DNA of 64,000 bases from assembly GCA_963664825.1 (NCBI GenBank), contig OY761614.1, forward strand, positions 1,568,001 to 1,632,000, in the 5' to 3' direction. The position numbers and the translations under genes were made by a program. Below the pieces are notes generated by a model. That model saw only the letters and a list, made by a program, of their open reading frames with translations. It ran no database searches and was not told the origin of the DNA. This document shows positions 18,933 to 28,271 of the stretch, piece after piece (the stretch's first letter is position 1; every line of letters begins with the position of its first letter). This DNA comes from an uncultured Holophaga sp. GTDB lineage: Bacteria; Acidobacteriota; Holophagae; Holophagales; Holophagaceae.

Positions 18933-19379
18933 TCAGCTCTTCAGGCAGGCCAGGGCCTCCTGGAGGCAGGCTTCCCAGGTCTCGTCGGAGGTCTCCACCA
19001 GGTGGAATTCCACAGCGTTATTGGCCGGGTGCGCTTCTCCGTGGGCCGACCAAGCCTCGAAGAGGGCATCCAGGGGATTGCGGTCGAGCTTATTGGAGCG
19101 GTGCTTGTGGGATTTCCGCACCCGGTCGGGATCCGGCCCCCGCATGGAGAGGCCCTGGTTGGGGGCGGCATGGAAGCAGAAGACCTGGGACCAGACCGTG
19201 CCCACCCGCTGATCGAAGTGCAGGTAGTTACCGTGGTTGGAGGAGGTGATGGTGAGTCTGCGGGTGGGGCCCTGCCAGGCCGTGCCCCAGCGGAGGATCA
19301 GGGCCTGGGCCCGGCTCCGGTCCTGGGCGTGTCTGAGGGAGGCCCAGGCCGCGTCGAGAAAGGGTTCAAGGATCTCCAA
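18933..19379 (-). CDS. Hypothetical protein
   Basis: 148-aa ORF (TTG start) convergent with moaA; fills the gap; no motif recognised. Confidence 0.55.
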   Translation of the reverse strand: MEILEPFLDAAWASLRHAQDRSRAQALILRWGTAWQGPTRRLTITSSNHGNYLHFDQRVGTVWSQVFCFHAAPNQGLSMRGPDPDRVRKSHKHRSNKLDRNPLDALFEAWSAHGEAHPANNAVEFHLVETSDETWEACLQEALACLKS

Positions 19380-19484
19380 GAGGCACTCCGGCGGAAAATT
19401 CCCTCTAATAAGTTAACCCAAAGGGGGGGAATATCCGAGAGGATTAGGGTAGGCTCCATGGTCTGCCATTACTGAAAATACCGG

Positions 19485-21431
19485 ATGACCCTCAACCTGC
19501 TTCGCCATTTCCGACGCCCCCCTCTGTGGTGGATGATCCCGGCCTTCGCGGCTGCGCCGGTGGTGTGGGTGTTCGTAATCCTTCGCTGGGGAATGGGCTA
19601 CACGGGAGGAGGTCTCCTGATGGGTCTGCTCCTGGTGGGCCTGGGTGGACTCGGAGTCCTGGCCGCCTTGTTGATCCATGCCTATGTCCAGACCAGCCTC
19701 AGGGCGACGGCCCTGGCTGTGCGCAGGGATTCCGTGGGGGACTTCCAGGGATTTCTGGAAATGCTTCCCATTGGAACGGCCATCACCGATGGCCGGGGGC
19801 GCTTGGTCTGGTGCAACCAGAAGGCGCTGGATTTCTTCGGGGTCACTGAAGAAGAGGCCAAGCTCGCCGATGGGACCGATCCCCAAGCCCTGATCCTGAA
19901 GCCGGACGGGAACCCCATGGATCCTGCTGAGCGGCCCCTCACTAAGGCCCTCGCCACCGGACAGGCTGTGCGGGATATCACGCTGGGGCTGGAACGCAGT
20001 TCCGATGGCGTCTGGGTTTGGGCCTCGGTCTCGGCGGAGCCTCGCCTCAACCCCGATGGGGGCATCCGGGATGTGGTGGTCACCTTCGAGGATGTCACCC
20101 AGAAGCACACGACGGAAGCCGAGCTGACGATCCAGACTTTCCGGGATCGCCTGACTTCCCTGCCTAATCGCACGCTCTTCATGGAGCGGCTCACCCAGGC
20201 GATCCTCCGTACCGAGCGCCGCAAGCTGGCCACGGCCGTCCTCTATCTGGACCTGGACCGCTTCAAGGTGGTCAACGATAGTCTGGGCCACGAGGCTGGA
20301 GATCATCTCCTGATGCAGGTGGCAAGGCGGCTCCGGGGCTGTCTTCGACCCGTGGATACCGTGGCCCGGCTGGGGGGGGACGAATTCGTCATTCTTTTCG
20401 AGGATCTGCCATCTCCCAGCGAAGCGCTCCGGGTGGCCGAGCGCATCTTCGAGAGCCTGAAGGAGCCCTTTGTCCTCCAAAGCCAGGAGGTCTTCGTCAC
20501 GTGCAGCATGGGCCTCGTCCTCTGCAGCCTTGCCGAGACGATTCCCTCCGAGATGGTGCGGGACGCCGAGGTGGCCATGTACCGGGCCAAGGCCAAGGGT
20601 GAAGGCAGCATCGAGATATTCGACCCCAGCATGAATGCCCAGGCCATCACGCGCTTCCAGCTTGAAAGCGAACTGCGGCGGGCCTTGGAACGGGAAGAGT
20701 TCGTCCTCTTCTACCAGCCTCTCGTCTCCCTTCGCACGGGCCGGATCGAGGGCTGGGAGGCCCTGATCCGCTGGAAGCATCCCGAACGGGGCCTCGTGCC
20801 GCCCTTCGACTTCATCTCCCTGACCGAGGAAACGGGTTTGATCGTTCCCATCGGGAAATGGGTGCTCGAGGAGGCCCTGCGCCAGGCCAGCTCCTGGCAC
20901 GAGCGCTTCCCCTCAGATCCGCCCCGCCTCATGAACGTGAATATTTCGGGCCGTCAGTTCCAGCAGCGGGAACTGATCGCCACCGTCACCGAGGCCCTGG
21001 AAACCACCTCCTTCCCTCCCACCTGCCTCAAGCTCGAGATCACCGAGAGCGTGATGATGCGTGACCCCCAGGCCAGCCTCGAGGCCATGAATGTCTTCCG
21101 GGGCCTGAATATCCACCTCGTCATCGATGATTTCGGAACGGGCTACAGCTCCCTCAGCTACCTGAAGCGCTTCCCTGTGGACACCCTGAAGATCGACAAG
21201 AGCTTCGTGGATGGGCTGGGGAAGGATGCGGAGAGCACGGCCATCGTGGGCGCCATCATCTCCCTGGCCAAGTCTCTGGGCATGCGAGTGACGGCTGAAG
21301 GCATTGAGACGCAGGAACAATTGGAGCACCTCCGGCTTCTCCACTGCGATCAGGGCCAAGGCTATTTATTCTCTCGTCCTCTCGCAGCCGCGCAGGCAGA
21401 AGAACTCCTTGCGAAAAATCCGGTCTGGTAA
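19485..21431 (+). CDS. Membrane-anchored PAS-GGDEF-EAL diguanylate cyclase/phosphodiesterase
   Basis: Two N-terminal TM segments, PAS domain, RLGGDEF with RxxD (RPVD), WEALIRW and DDFGTGYSSLSYL. Confidence 0.92.
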   Translation: MTLNLLRHFRRPPLWWMIPAFAAAPVVWVFVILRWGMGYTGGGLLMGLLLVGLGGLGVLAALLIHAYVQTSLRATALAVRRDSVGDFQGFLEMLPIGTAITDGRGRLVWCNQKALDFFGVTEEEAKLADGTDPQALILKPDGNPMDPAERPLTKALATGQAVRDITLGLERSSDGVWVWASVSAEPRLNPDGGIRDVVVTFEDVTQKHTTEAELTIQTFRDRLTSLPNRTLFMERLTQAILRTERRKLATAVLYLDLDRFKVVNDSLGHEAGDHLLMQVARRLRGCLRPVDTVARLGGDEFVILFEDLPSPSEALRVAERIFESLKEPFVLQSQEVFVTCSMGLVLCSLAETIPSEMVRDAEVAMYRAKAKGEGSIEIFDPSMNAQAITRFQLESELRRALEREEFVLFYQPLVSLRTGRIEGWEALIRWKHPERGLVPPFDFISLTEETGLIVPIGKWVLEEALRQASSWHERFPSDPPRLMNVNISGRQFQQRELIATVTEALETTSFPPTCLKLEITESVMMRDPQASLEAMNVFRGLNIHLVIDDFGTGYSSLSYLKRFPVDTLKIDKSFVDGLGKDAESTAIVGAIISLAKSLGMRVTAEGIETQEQLEHLRLLHCDQGQGYLFSRPLAAAQAEELLAKNPVW

Positions 21432-21509
21432 GCGAAACCTGCGGATTCCCCTTCCTCCGCGCGCTTTGTCCTGCTAAACCTTTGAGACTCCCACAAGGCC
21501 GAGGCCGCC

Positions 21510-21785
21510 ATGATCAAGATCGATATTGCGAACGCCCTGATGCAGACGCTGCCCATTTCCAAGGCCACGGCCCTGCAGGTGGTGGATCTCCTCACGGACC
21601 GCATGAAGAACGCCTTGCTGGAGGGCGAACGCATCGAAGTGCGCGGCTTTGGCGTGTTTGAACCTCGTCCTCGCAAGCGGGGGATGGGCCGCAACATCAA
21701 GACGGGCCAGAGCGTGGAGATCCCCAAGGGGAAGAGCATCCGCTTCAAGCCGGGCAAGGATCTGCGCGATATCGACGTGGATTGA
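21510..21785 (+). CDS. HU/IHF family DNA-binding protein
   Basis: GERIEVRGFGVF...GRNIKTG...FKPGKDL. Confidence 0.9.
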   Translation: MIKIDIANALMQTLPISKATALQVVDLLTDRMKNALLEGERIEVRGFGVFEPRPRKRGMGRNIKTGQSVEIPKGKSIRFKPGKDLRDIDVD

Positions 21786-21816
21786 CCTATTCCCGGGCGC
21801 GCCCGGGGGCATTGGA

Positions 21817-21857
21817 ATCGAAAAGGCCGCAGAGGAATCCTCTGTGGCCTTTTCGAT
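21817..21857 (+). terminator. Long hairpin downstream of the HU gene, probable terminator
   Basis: ATCGAAAAGGCCGCAGAGGA / TCCTCTGTGGCCTTTTCGAT near-perfect inverted repeat. Confidence 0.65.
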
Positions 21858-21940
21858 AGAGTCCCGATTCCAGGCTCCCTTGACAGGGCAGGACCTGGCG
21901 GAGTAAGGGTGAAACATCCATTCTGGACAGTGTTCACCTC

Positions 21941-23323
21941 GTGAGGAAGGCCATGCGCGTTGCATCGTTGGTGGTCATGGGCTCCTTGAGCGCGAGTTGG
22001 CTGGGCGCTCAGAGTGCGATTGGGGATCTGGAGGCCGCGTCTCGCCAGAAAGTGCAGCGCTTCCAGAGCTCGGGCAGCATGAATATCAAACCCGTGCAAA
22101 GGCCCAGCCAGACCAGGACTCCTGTGCCCAATCCTTCCGCCAGGCTCATGACGGGCGTATTCGGACAGATGCTGTCCAGCGCCTTCCAGGCGACTCCGGC
22201 CAGCGTGACGACGACCTCGGCGGCCCGGGATTCAGCCCAGATGCAGCTGGAGGTTAAGCTCGAACAGCAGCGGCAGGATGATGCCGAGCGCGGTCAGCAG
22301 GAGCTTCGGAACTGGGCGGACAACTATTCGAGCCAATTGAACCGGGCCCTCGATGCCCAGCAGCGGGGGGATGCAACGCTGGAAGACGTGTCGGCGGCGG
22401 CTTCCGGTCCCTGGGATGGCCGCTCCGCTCCCAACCTTCGGGGTGAACTCCCCATCATGCTCGATGCACCGGCCGTCGTGGACCTGAGCCAAAGCAAGAC
22501 TCTCACCCCCAGCCTGCTTCGCGACGCCAAGGGGGCCAAACGCACCCAGGTCACAGCCGACGAGGTCCTGAAGCGGCGGGAGCTGGCCCAGGAAAAACTC
22601 AAGCGAATGATGGAAGAGAACAAGGACCTCAAGACCATGGGGAAGAGGTTCTACGAGTTGGAAGATGAGCTGAGCCGTCTCAAGCGGGAGGCCACCCATC
22701 TGGGGACGGAGGCCCGCACCCTGCAGCGGGATTTCGATGGATGGGGATGGCAGGTGGACAAGGCCGTGCAGGACGCCCTCCAGCGGGGCCTCAGCCTTTT
22801 GACGGGCACGATCGTTCCGGATGGGACTTCGGACGGGTTGAAGACGCTGCGGAAGAATCCCAAGCTCTGGGGCGAGACGATGGAATCCCTGGCTTCGATC
22901 CATGATTTTTCGGAATTCGTCAATGAGATGGGAGACCGCTTCGAGGCCGCCAAGCAGGCCATCGACTGGGCCCAGGCCAAGCGGAACCTCTCCAAGGACC
23001 TGGATTTCGTCGCCTCGAACCTGGGCAATGCTAACCCGGCCTGGAAGGCCATGAGCACGCAGTGGGAGCTAGGGAAGAGCATCGTGGGTTCGGGTCTGGA
23101 TGTGGCCCAGGAATTGGATGCCTGGGGCAACATGAACAATGCCCAGGGAGAACTCAAGCTGGTGAAGGTCGATCAGCAGATCGTCCAGAGGAAGATGGGC
23201 GTGCTGATCGGGGAGCTTCAGAAATCCCGCACCGCCATTGCCGACAAACTGGGCCTCAAACCCGAGGATCTGATTCCTGCCCCCAAGCCCACCGGCCTGG
23301 GAAGCAACGTGCCGCCCCTTTGA
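21941..23323 (+). CDS. Exported long coiled-coil hypothetical protein
   Basis: Signal peptide (SASWLGA-Q), extended heptad/helical regions; no catalytic motif seen. Confidence 0.7.
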   Translation: MRKAMRVASLVVMGSLSASWLGAQSAIGDLEAASRQKVQRFQSSGSMNIKPVQRPSQTRTPVPNPSARLMTGVFGQMLSSAFQATPASVTTTSAARDSAQMQLEVKLEQQRQDDAERGQQELRNWADNYSSQLNRALDAQQRGDATLEDVSAAASGPWDGRSAPNLRGELPIMLDAPAVVDLSQSKTLTPSLLRDAKGAKRTQVTADEVLKRRELAQEKLKRMMEENKDLKTMGKRFYELEDELSRLKREATHLGTEARTLQRDFDGWGWQVDKAVQDALQRGLSLLTGTIVPDGTSDGLKTLRKNPKLWGETMESLASIHDFSEFVNEMGDRFEAAKQAIDWAQAKRNLSKDLDFVASNLGNANPAWKAMSTQWELGKSIVGSGLDVAQELDAWGNMNNAQGELKLVKVDQQIVQRKMGVLIGELQKSRTAIADKLGLKPEDLIPAPKPTGLGSNVPPL

Positions 23324-23355
23324 AGGCGGATTCACCCTAGACCCGGAGAAGGACC

Positions 23356-24465
23356 ATGGCATCTCACCTCTCAGTGTCCCTGGCAGCAACCCTGCTTCTG
23401 GGGGTCCCCCTTCCCGCCCAGGCCCCAGCCTCGGGAGCCAAAGCCCAGGAGCGGGAGGCGGCTCCCGTGCAGAACGAGGCCAGGCGCTACATGGTCAGAG
23501 GTTCGGCCGCGCTCGAGACCGCCAAGAGCGACGGGGATCTGGTTCTGGCCGCAGAGCAGTTCCAGAAGGCCGTGGAGACCGCTCCCAACTGGGCTCTGCC
23601 CTGGTACAACCTGGGCATCGTGCAGTCCAAGTTGGGCCGGTTGGAAGCAGCCATGGCCAGCTTCAAGATGTACCGGAAACTGGCCCCGGATGCCCAGAAT
23701 GGCGGCTGGGTGGAGGACGAGATCATCAAGCTGGAATTCCGGATGGAGCAGCAGCATCTCTCCCAGAGCCGCACCGGCAGCTGGGTTGTCGACACAGGGA
23801 CCTCATACCAGGCCACGTTGAACGGCAACAAGTTGGAACTTGCGGCTTCCGTGAGTCTGGGGGAGGAGGAGGTGGAGACCAGCTTTGTCGACCGGGCGCC
23901 CGAGCGGACGACTCGCACCTTCCTGCTGGATCTGCACGGCGCTTCCGCCACGGGAACCATGCGGCGGGCCGAGACGCGAACGGCCGTATGCACGGTTCCC
24001 GAGGATGTCTCCGAGGTCACGGGAGTCTTCGACGATGCCAAGCACTGCCTGACCCTTCACTTTCAGAGGACCAAGTACCAGACCTCCGCCCGCTCGAGCC
24101 TCTTCCTGGACCCCGTCGAATGCTTGGGGGTGAGGAATCTGGGCCCCATCAAGACGACGTTTGTGCTCTGGGGCCCCCGGAAATCGGCGATCATCGACGC
24201 TTCTATTTTCTGTGAAGGCGATGATATCAAGGGCACGAAGGTGACGGAGGTCCAGAAGGATTCCCGCTCCGCAGCCGCGGGACTGCGCAAGAAGGACGTG
24301 ATCGTGGCCATCGATGGCGTGCCCTTGACGGCCCTCGCGAGCTGGGGGGAATTCAAATACCGCATCTGGGGTGAACCTGGAAGCGAGGTGGTCCTCACCG
24401 TCCTGCATCACAAGGAGCAGGTGCCTGTGGATATTCGCATCCGCCGAGCGATTCCCCGGGGCTAG
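23356..24465 (+). CDS. Exported TPR + PDZ domain protein
   Basis: Signal peptide; TPR (AAEQFQKAVETAPNWALPWYNLG); C-terminal PDZ (SAAAGLRKKDVIVAIDG...GEPGSEVVLTV). Confidence 0.75.
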   Translation: MASHLSVSLAATLLLGVPLPAQAPASGAKAQEREAAPVQNEARRYMVRGSAALETAKSDGDLVLAAEQFQKAVETAPNWALPWYNLGIVQSKLGRLEAAMASFKMYRKLAPDAQNGGWVEDEIIKLEFRMEQQHLSQSRTGSWVVDTGTSYQATLNGNKLELAASVSLGEEEVETSFVDRAPERTTRTFLLDLHGASATGTMRRAETRTAVCTVPEDVSEVTGVFDDAKHCLTLHFQRTKYQTSARSSLFLDPVECLGVRNLGPIKTTFVLWGPRKSAIIDASIFCEGDDIKGTKVTEVQKDSRSAAAGLRKKDVIVAIDGVPLTALASWGEFKYRIWGEPGSEVVLTVLHHKEQVPVDIRIRRAIPRG

Positions 24466-24472
24466 GGGTCGC

Positions 24473-25333
24473 CTACCTCTTCCGCAGCTGGGCTAGGATG
24501 ATCAGTTCCCGCAGGGTCTTGGCCATGGTGATGGCCGAGACCCCCGTGGTGTCATAGTGGGGGGCGAGTTCGAGGCAGTCCATGCCAATGAGCCTGCGGC
24601 CTTGGAAGCGCTTGAGGCCGGCGATGAGCAGATCCCAGGTGATGCCGCCGGGCTCGGGCGTGCCGGTGCCTGGATAGAGGCTGGGGTCCAGCACGTCCAT
24701 GTCCAGGGTGATGTAGACGGGCCGGTCGCCGAGCCTTGCCAGCACCTCGTCGATGGCTTCCACCGTGAAGGGGCGGATGGTCTGGTGGGCCTGGGCGATC
24801 TGCCACTCCTCCTGGGATCCGGAGCGGATGCCGAACTGGAAGAGATTCTCGTAGCCCAAGCGATCGGCGGCCCGGCCGATGATGGTGGCGTGGGAGAGGG
24901 TGTCCCCCCACATCTCGGGGCGCAGATCGGCGTGGGCGTCGAAGTGCACCAGGGCCATGTCCGGATGTTCCTCGAAGGCCGCCAGGATGAGGGGCAGGGC
25001 CACCAGATGCTCCCCGCCAAAGGCGATGGGGAACTGGCCCTTGGCGCGGATCTCCTTCACCGCCGATTCGATATCGGAGAGCACCCGCTCCTTCTGGCCC
25101 GGGGGCAGGAAGAGATCGCCGTAGTCGCAGAACTTGATATCCAGCAGGCTCTGCTGCTGGTAGAAACTGAAGTCCTCCAGGCCGAAGGAGGCCTCCCGCA
25201 CGGCAAAGCCCGCGAAGCGGGATCCCGCCTTGAAGGAGCTGGTTCCATCCCAGCAGACGCCGAAGAGGGCGATCTCGGCCTCCTCCGGCGCGCAGGAGCC
25301 GAGGAAGAGCGGCAGGATGAATTCGTGGGACAC
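24473..25333 (-). CDS. speB: Agmatinase (ureohydrolase)
   Basis: GGEH, HFDAHADLR, DMDVLDP, PGTGTPEPGG and ELAPHYD motifs. Confidence 0.9.
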   Translation of the reverse strand: MSHEFILPLFLGSCAPEEAEIALFGVCWDGTSSFKAGSRFAGFAVREASFGLEDFSFYQQQSLLDIKFCDYGDLFLPPGQKERVLSDIESAVKEIRAKGQFPIAFGGEHLVALPLILAAFEEHPDMALVHFDAHADLRPEMWGDTLSHATIIGRAADRLGYENLFQFGIRSGSQEEWQIAQAHQTIRPFTVEAIDEVLARLGDRPVYITLDMDVLDPSLYPGTGTPEPGGITWDLLIAGLKRFQGRRLIGMDCLELAPHYDTTGVSAITMAKTLRELIILAQLRKR

Positions 25334-25353
25334 AGGGGCTCCTTGTGGTTCAG

Positions 25354-26619
25354 CTACAGACTCATGTCTGCTGAAAACTTTTCAACCGAAGACATTGGGC
25401 TGGTGCGATGGATCATGCGGTGGCAGTTCGAACAGAGCACCGCCAGATCCTTGAGCACGGTCGTCATGGGCAGATCAGAAGACGACAGGGGAACCCTATG
25501 GTGGACTTCGCAGAATCCATCACCCAACTTCCCATATGTGGCAGAGAAATCAAAGCCACAGGCTTCACAGGCCAATTGCCCCTTTTCCTGGAGTACGGCG
25601 GCTTTTTTTGCTTTGACGAGTTTCGGATCTCGCTCACGCCGCAGATGAAGAACCAAGCGGGGTGAACCCTCTAGGCTGGGAAAAGGCAGGTCGATATCAG
25701 GCCAGCCGACTTCGGGTCGGGCCGCGACGGAGGATGACTCAAGATCCATCAGCGCGGAAAGGACCTGTGGGTCACTGATGCGATTGAACCCAAAGCTGAA
25801 ATTGCTTTGCGATTTGAGGAACCCGGGGAACCAAGCCATTTCATTCAGTTCCAGAGGTGGAAGGAATGCCATTCCATTCCCATGAATTCGGTACAACTGC
25901 GAAGACTCGTCCTCAAATTCAATGAGCGTGGCCGTGTAGACGCCCCGGAGTGAGTAACGAGTTCCGCCATTAGTTGGAGAACCGTTCACGACCCAGACTC
26001 TGTTCCCGATGGCCTTTTTGAGTAGTCCAACCTTTGCGCTGAGGAACTCAAATTTGCCCTGCGCCTCGTATTCGAAGCCCATTACCTTTGCACTATGGTA
26101 GGCAATGAAGTGCTCTGATTCTTGGGCGTGGGATGAAATGTGGCGGGCGTATGAGAGCAGTCCTGCGGAGTGGAACCTCGCGAAGGGGGTTCCTTTCCTG
26201 GGTTTCCCCGTGGGTGAGAGTGCTGCCAGTTTCACGAATTCGTGGTGAGGCAGCAGTATTTCGGATTCCCATCGCTGGAGATCCGAAGGTGAGCCGAAGA
26301 AGGCACATTGGGGTTGAGAAATGGATTTGTAATCGACTCCACGCAGGTAGGGCAGCAGCCCATCCGGGGCGAAGCCTCGTCCATGCAGGTTGAGATGCAG
26401 GATTCCGTCCTGGAAGACCAGAACCTCGACCTGCCCCACATTCAGACAAAACCCCTTAGGAGAAAGGGTCACCTCGGAAACTCCTGGTACGGCCGATTCT
26501 GCGCATTCCCAAGTCGCCATCAGACGGTTTAGGACCAGGGTCCGCTCACCCACATCGGGCAAGAGGGCGGCCATGACTGTTTCGGCTTTCCCTGCCTCAA
26601 GCGATGCGCTCATCAGCAC
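25354..26619 (-). CDS. HNH endonuclease with N-terminal extension (McrA-like, possibly EVE/PUA-HNH type IV restriction enzyme)
   Basis: EG...HLRRERDPKL...CEACGFDF..YG...EVHHRVPLS...LCSNCHRMIH; more AT-rich than its neighbours. Confidence 0.8.
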   Translation of the reverse strand: MLMSASLEAGKAETVMAALLPDVGERTLVLNRLMATWECAESAVPGVSEVTLSPKGFCLNVGQVEVLVFQDGILHLNLHGRGFAPDGLLPYLRGVDYKSISQPQCAFFGSPSDLQRWESEILLPHHEFVKLAALSPTGKPRKGTPFARFHSAGLLSYARHISSHAQESEHFIAYHSAKVMGFEYEAQGKFEFLSAKVGLLKKAIGNRVWVVNGSPTNGGTRYSLRGVYTATLIEFEDESSQLYRIHGNGMAFLPPLELNEMAWFPGFLKSQSNFSFGFNRISDPQVLSALMDLESSSVAARPEVGWPDIDLPFPSLEGSPRLVLHLRRERDPKLVKAKKAAVLQEKGQLACEACGFDFSATYGKLGDGFCEVHHRVPLSSSDLPMTTVLKDLAVLCSNCHRMIHRTSPMSSVEKFSADMSL

Positions 26620-26620
26620 C

Positions 26621-27067
26621 TCAGGCCTCTTCCAGTTCGATCCGCTCCCACTTCACGGCGAAGTGTTCCAGGATCGCCGTGCGTTCAGCCAGTTCCTGCT
26701 CGGCCATGCTGACGTAGGGGCGGAGGAAGACCACGCGGCGGGTGCCCCGGCGCACCAGGGCGCGGGTGCAGGTGAGGCAGGGTTCGTCGGTCACGTAGGC
26801 GGTGGCGATGGGGCCCTCGGAGAAGCCCAGGGCGTTCTCTTCGGCGTGGCTGGTGTGCAGACACCGCTGTTCGGGATTGCAGGTCCCTGGCGTGCAGTGG
26901 GGCATGCCGGGCAGGGCGCCGTTGAAGCCCCCCGAGGCGATGCCCCCATCGGGGCGCACCAGGATGCAGCCCACCTTCAGGCGGCAGCAGGTCCCCAGGC
27001 GGCTGATTTCCAGGGCCATGCGGAGAAAGACCTGGTCCTTGAGAGCGGAGCGCTGGGGGCTGGGCAT
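26621..27067 (-). CDS. dCMP deaminase (ComEB-like cytidine/deoxycytidylate deaminase)
   Basis: Start trimmed to MPSPQRS; TCCRLKVGC, GFNG, HAEENA and PCLTC zinc motifs. Confidence 0.85.
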   Translation of the reverse strand: MPSPQRSALKDQVFLRMALEISRLGTCCRLKVGCILVRPDGGIASGGFNGALPGMPHCTPGTCNPEQRCLHTSHAEENALGFSEGPIATAYVTDEPCLTCTRALVRRGTRRVVFLRPYVSMAEQELAERTAILEHFAVKWERIELEEA

Positions 27068-27155
27068 GGGCGGTTTCCAAGAGGACGGTGCTTCTGAGTT
27101 TTCATCTTTTGGACGGCACGTGGCCTCATGGTGAGGTCGGCGACTATCCAAGAGC

Positions 27156-28271
27156 TTAGATTCCGTCTGGGCGGGTGGGAAGGCCTGGGGCGGAATGAGG
27201 GAGGGCCGCGTCGATCCAGCCGCCGCCGATGAGCCGCTCCTCCTCGAAAAAGGCCACGGCCTGGCCGGGGGTGATGGCGCTCTGGGGGGCCTCGAAATGG
27301 ACAAGGGCCGTCGCATCCCACAGGAGTTCCAGGCGCGCCGGGGCGCCTGGGTGGCGGGAGCGGATCTGGGCGATGCAGCGCTCCGGAGGATCTGCGTACC
27401 AATGGACTTGGGAGGCCTTGAGGCCCCTGGAGAGCAGATGGGTTTCATCGGTGCTGAGGATCACGCTGGCGTCCTCTGCCCGCAGGCCGATGACATGGTT
27501 CCTGGCGCCCAGCGCGATGCCGAGGCCCCGACGCTGGCCGATGGTGTAGCGGTGGAAGCCTTCGTGGGGGCCCAAGACCCTGCCCTGGGGATCGACGAAA
27601 TGGCCCGGGCGGATGGGCTTCCCGAAACGCTGGCGCAGGGATTCCGGGAAACCCAGGCCCTCCATGGCCAGGCAGATATCCTGGCTCTCGTGGCGCTCGG
27701 CGGTCACCAGGCCCATTTCCCGAGCCATGGCTCGGACTTCAAGCTTGGTGAGGGTGCCCAGGGGCAGCTCCAGCCGGGCGATCTGTTCCTGGGTGAGATC
27801 GGAGAGGAAGTAGGATTGGTCCTTGGCGCGGTCCACGCCCCGCAGCAGGCGCACGTCGTCGCCCACCCGCTCGATCCGCGCGTAGTGGCCCGTGGCGATG
27901 CGTTCGGCGCCCATGCGCTCGGCGTACTGGCCCAGGTATCCGAACTTCATCTCCCGGTTGCAGTGGAGGCATGGGCTGGGCGTGCGGCCCCGTTCGTATT
28001 CGGCCCAGGCCGGACCCATGATGCGGTCCAGGAAGGTGTCTCGGCAATCCAGCACATAGTGCGGGATGCCCAGGGATCCTGCCACCGCTCGAGCCTGGGT
28101 GATGCCATCGGCGGAGCAGCAGGAGCGGCTGGCATAGCGGTCGTCGCAGCTGCGGAGCTGGAGCGTGACGCCGATGGCCTCCCAGCCTGCCTTCACCATG
28201 AGCGCCGCCACCACGCTGGAATCCACCCCGCCGCTCATGGCGATAACCATGCGCCCTCGGGCCGCGCTCAC
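27156..28271 (-). CDS. mnmA: tRNA 2-thiouridine(34) synthase
   Basis: AMSGGVDSS, GRTPSPCLHCN, ATGHYAR, KDQSYFL, ESQDIC, YTIGQRRGL and ITPGQ motifs. Confidence 0.93.
   Translation of the reverse strand: MSAARGRMVIAMSGGVDSSVVAALMVKAGWEAIGVTLQLRSCDDRYASRSCCSADGITQARAVAGSLGIPHYVLDCRDTFLDRIMGPAWAEYERGRTPSPCLHCNREMKFGYLGQYAERMGAERIATGHYARIERVGDDVRLLRGVDRAKDQSYFLSDLTQEQIARLELPLGTLTKLEVRAMAREMGLVTAERHESQDICLAMEGLGFPESLRQRFGKPIRPGHFVDPQGRVLGPHEGFHRYTIGQRRGLGIALGARNHVIGLRAEDASVILSTDETHLLSRGLKASQVHWYADPPERCIAQIRSRHPGAPARLELLWDATALVHFEAPQSAITPGQAVAFFEEERLIGGGWIDAALPHSAPGLPTRPDGI

Noticed and set aside
26621..27067. Anti-phage dCTP deaminase (Dcd/AvcD)
   Set aside because: Those proteins carry an N-terminal kinase-like domain; this is a short stand-alone deaminase with host-like composition
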